28,815 nt of DNA from positions 1 through 28,815 of IMG/VR virus record IMGVR_UViG_3300027672_000058; one strand, written 5' to 3'. Below the pieces are notes generated by a model, which ran no database searches, was not told the DNA's origin, and was given only the letters and a program-made list of their open reading frames with translations. This document shows positions 26,641-28,815 of the stretch, piece by piece. Position 1 is the stretch's first letter, and each line of letters begins with the position of its first letter. The translations under genes were made by a program, and so were the position numbers. This DNA comes from a virus (taxonomy: Duplodnaviria > Caudoviricetes).

Positions 26641-26880
26641 TTAAACCTTACTATAAACTTGGTTTGTTAAAGATGTCAACTCTGAACATTCCCTAGCTTT
26701 CTTTCCTTTCTTATATGTCTCTATAATATCGTAGCAACTATCTATAGAGTCTCTTACATCTAAAGGGTTAATACGAAGTTTCGTAATAACTACTTCCTTC
26801 GCATCATCTTTAGACTCTGCTTCAACTTCTATTTCAAAGTAATATGTTTCTGAAAGCCTTACTTTATATTTACTTTTCAT
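26641..26880 (-). CDS. DpnD/PcfM-like small protein
   Basis: YKVRLSET...IEVEAESKDDAKE motif; AAGGAG SD. Confidence 0.6.
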   Translation of the reverse strand: MKSKYKVRLSETYYFEIEVEAESKDDAKEVVITKLRINPLDVRDSIDSCYDIIETYKKGKKARECSELTSLTNQVYSKV

Positions 26881-26939
26881 TTGTTACTCCTTCTTTTTAA
26901 AGGTTAATAAACAACAGTCAAATTGCTAACTGTTAATAC

Positions 26940-26968
26940 AGCTTAACATATCTCATTTCATTTGTCAA
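26940..26968 (-). promoter_or_regulatory. Sigma70-type early promoter with extended -10
   Basis: TTGACA (26968-26963)-N17-TAAGCT (26945-26940), preceded by TGT. Confidence 0.7.
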
Positions 26969-27116
26969 ATTTATTTTTCTGGTCATACCCACTAGACTTA
27001 AACACAACCCCTTCTTTGCTAGTCGCTTTGTATTCAAAGTTAGGGAATGACTCCCTAAACTCTTTTAAGAATTGATTAATAGTTATTGGTTGATAATCCA
27101 AACTGGCTCTCCGCAT
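26958..27116 (-). CDS. Small hypothetical protein (start uncertain)
   Basis: C-terminal part INQFLKEFRESFPNFEYKATSKEGVVFKS looks protein-like; overlaps the helicase end. Confidence 0.4.
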   Translation of the reverse strand: MRRASLDYQPITINQFLKEFRESFPNFEYKATSKEGVVFKSSGYDQKNKFDK

Positions 27117-28011
27117 ATCTAAAAGTTTTATTACAAAAATAGAATCCCTTAGTCCCTTCCCACCCAGTACCATGTCTTTGCTTAACTATGCTAACAAAAC
27201 AATCAAACTTCTTACCTTCCTCATCTTTATCTGTATCTTCTTTAGCCATATTTTCCTCTTTCTTTTTATTTCTAAAGACGGATAAACAATTGTCCGCTAA
27301 GTTAGTGATATCACTACTGCCCATTACATCAAACTTGTTAGGCTTACCACCCTCATCTACTGTCTTGCGACTATGAGCGACTAAGAATATATGTACACCA
27401 ATATCTCTAGCACAAACACATAGCTTATTCACAAAGGCTTTCTGCTTATTATAATCATCACTATTAATACCTACCTTAGTCAATGAATCAAAAACAAACA
27501 CATCCACACCTAATTTCTCTTTAGCGTAGTAAATTACTTGGAGACATTTTTCAGGACTGGTTTCACCTTCTGCGTCATACAAGAATAGATTGTCATTTAT
27601 CCTTTCTAAGAAAGTATCTATACATAATTGCGTAGGTTCTTTAGAAGATGAATCTTGTTGTACCATTCTACCCAATGTTGCTCTAGGTTGCATTTCAAAG
27701 CTACCGATTAAACATTTCTGTTCAGCTAACATCTTTAGAATAACAAAGTTTAACCATGCACTCTTACCATGTCCACTATACCCAGATACAATAGTCACCT
27801 CATGTTTTCTTATCTTAAATAACTCATCAAACTTTGAGAAAGGTAGAGGTATTCCACCATTCACATCTTCTGTAAAGTAATCCATAATATCTTTGCTAAA
27901 GATTTTAGGTTCTTTAATTTTATGATGCTCACTATTATCTCTACTAGAAAAATAGTTATCTATATCTTTATCTTCAATGATTAAGCTCTTTACTTTATCA
28001 TTTAATGTCAT
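27076..28011 (-). CDS. DnaB-like / T7 gp4-type SF4 replicative helicase
   Basis: Walker A GYSGHGKS, SFEM, Walker B VFVFD, LVAHSRK, GSSDITNLAD and KQRHG motifs. Confidence 0.9.
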   Translation of the reverse strand: MTLNDKVKSLIIEDKDIDNYFSSRDNSEHHKIKEPKIFSKDIMDYFTEDVNGGIPLPFSKFDELFKIRKHEVTIVSGYSGHGKSAWLNFVILKMLAEQKCLIGSFEMQPRATLGRMVQQDSSSKEPTQLCIDTFLERINDNLFLYDAEGETSPEKCLQVIYYAKEKLGVDVFVFDSLTKVGINSDDYNKQKAFVNKLCVCARDIGVHIFLVAHSRKTVDEGGKPNKFDVMGSSDITNLADNCLSVFRNKKKEENMAKEDTDKDEEGKKFDCFVSIVKQRHGTGWEGTKGFYFCNKTFRYAESQFGLSTNNY

Positions 28012-28408
28012 TATATAATCCCCTTAACCTACTCGTAACTTCCAGTAGTTTTTGTTTATCTGAATCTTCTAACGGACTAGAGTTACTTACTTGACTCGCA
28101 CATAATGCAACAAATAAAACATCATTCCTTGTCGCCTTTAGTACTGCGTATGGATTAAACTTCATACTGCCCTTAGCGTCATCATCTCTTGAATCAGGCA
28201 TAACATCACCCCAATCTAGTCCTGACGCTTGTAGGATAGACTCCATACTACACCCCGCAAAGCAATTCAGTATCATCTTATCCTCTTTAAACTTTAGACC
28301 TAGACTAGCGGTACTATCATCATGGCTAGGGCATAAGCATTGATACTCACCCTCACCAGATTTATATACCTTGCTAAATCTTGATAGTATTTCAGGTATT
28401 GGAATCAT
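27998..28408 (-). CDS. Primase-type Zn-binding (CHC2) domain protein
   Basis: CLCPSHDDSTASL...LNCFAGC; no Toprim domain in 136 aa. Confidence 0.78.
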   Translation of the reverse strand: MIPIPEILSRFSKVYKSGEGEYQCLCPSHDDSTASLGLKFKEDKMILNCFAGCSMESILQASGLDWGDVMPDSRDDDAKGSMKFNPYAVLKATRNDVLFVALCASQVSNSSPLEDSDKQKLLEVTSRLRGLYNDIK

Positions 28409-28559
28409 TAATCATATCCTTTATTTCATACTGCCTTAGTTTAGGTATGCCAGTTGTTTTCCAATAGAAAACCGCCTGTCTGGATATAGGCGGGTCAAAC
28501 TTCTCTGCTAATTGAGTTGCGTTTACTTGTAACTTTTCAAAGACTTCTGTTAGTGACAT
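28392..28559 (-). CDS. Cro/YdaS-like HTH regulator, 55 aa (not in ORF track)
   Basis: MSLTEVFEKLQVNATQLAEKFDPPISRQAVFYWKTTGIPKLRQYEIKDMINDSNT*; ISxQAVxxW...IPxxRxYEI Cro signature; AAGGAG SD. Confidence 0.72.
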   Translation of the reverse strand: MSLTEVFEKLQVNATQLAEKFDPPISRQAVFYWKTTGIPKLRQYEIKDMINDSNT

Positions 28560-28810
28560 GCTGTTTCTCCTTTTTTAATCTCTTCACTTTCTTGTTCTGC
28601 GTATTCTTTAGCAAAGGCTATTAGTTGGTTCATTGCCTCTAAACTAGGTGCGTATGAATAACCAAAATTAATTATGCTAGATAAAACCCCCGCCATGTGA
28701 TTAGCGTCAGGCATACCATTAGTTTTCTTTCCTAATTGGTCAATCAAATCTATCCCTAATTCATACCCTACATTAAATCCTTTTTCAGTATCACCTTTTT
28801 TATTCTTCAT
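28550..28810 (-). CDS. Hypothetical protein
   Basis: 86-aa ORF overlapping the cro-like start. Confidence 0.6.
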   Translation of the reverse strand: MKNKKGDTEKGFNVGYELGIDLIDQLGKKTNGMPDANHMAGVLSSIINFGYSYAPSLEAMNQLIAFAKEYAEQESEEIKKGETACH

Positions 28811-28815
28811 TTGTT

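Noticed and set aside
22283-27880. Plus-strand track ORFs in the early arm (22283, 25204, 25983, 27188, 27590)
   Set aside because: Antisense to well-supported genes; no protein-like features.
1-28815. Alternative genetic code / stop-codon reassignment
   Set aside because: Genes are intact and densely packed under code 11, and all three stop codons are used.

Overview
A 28.8 kb, AT-rich segment of a tailed dsDNA bacteriophage, probably short-tailed (podovirus-like) and aquatic. The + strand (1-21.3 kb) is a late operon: terminase C-terminus, portal, scaffold, major capsid, adaptor, Gly-rich tail fibres, nozzle, internal/ejection proteins, holins, an M15 endolysin and an RNase H/DnaQ-like exonuclease. 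The - strand (21.3-28.8 kb) is an early/replication arm: Cro-like HTH, primase Zn-finger, DnaB-like helicase, two strong sigma70 promoters, Sak3-YqaJ-SSB recombination module, resolvase-like nuclease, Mom-like DNA-modification GNAT and Q-like antiterminator. The two most notable signals are missing from the ORF track. (1) A complete 76-nt tRNA-Gly-like cloverleaf (22800-22875, -) is written in-frame into the 5' end of the Mom-like gene; it keeps Gly identity elements but has non-translational features (GUGC T-loop, no D-loop GG, 8-nt anticodon loop). (2) A counter-oriented 23-aa PqqA precursor gene (24695-24766, +) of Methylophilaceae type suggests an OM43/Methylophilales host. All protein assignments come from motif recognition and synteny, not database searches.
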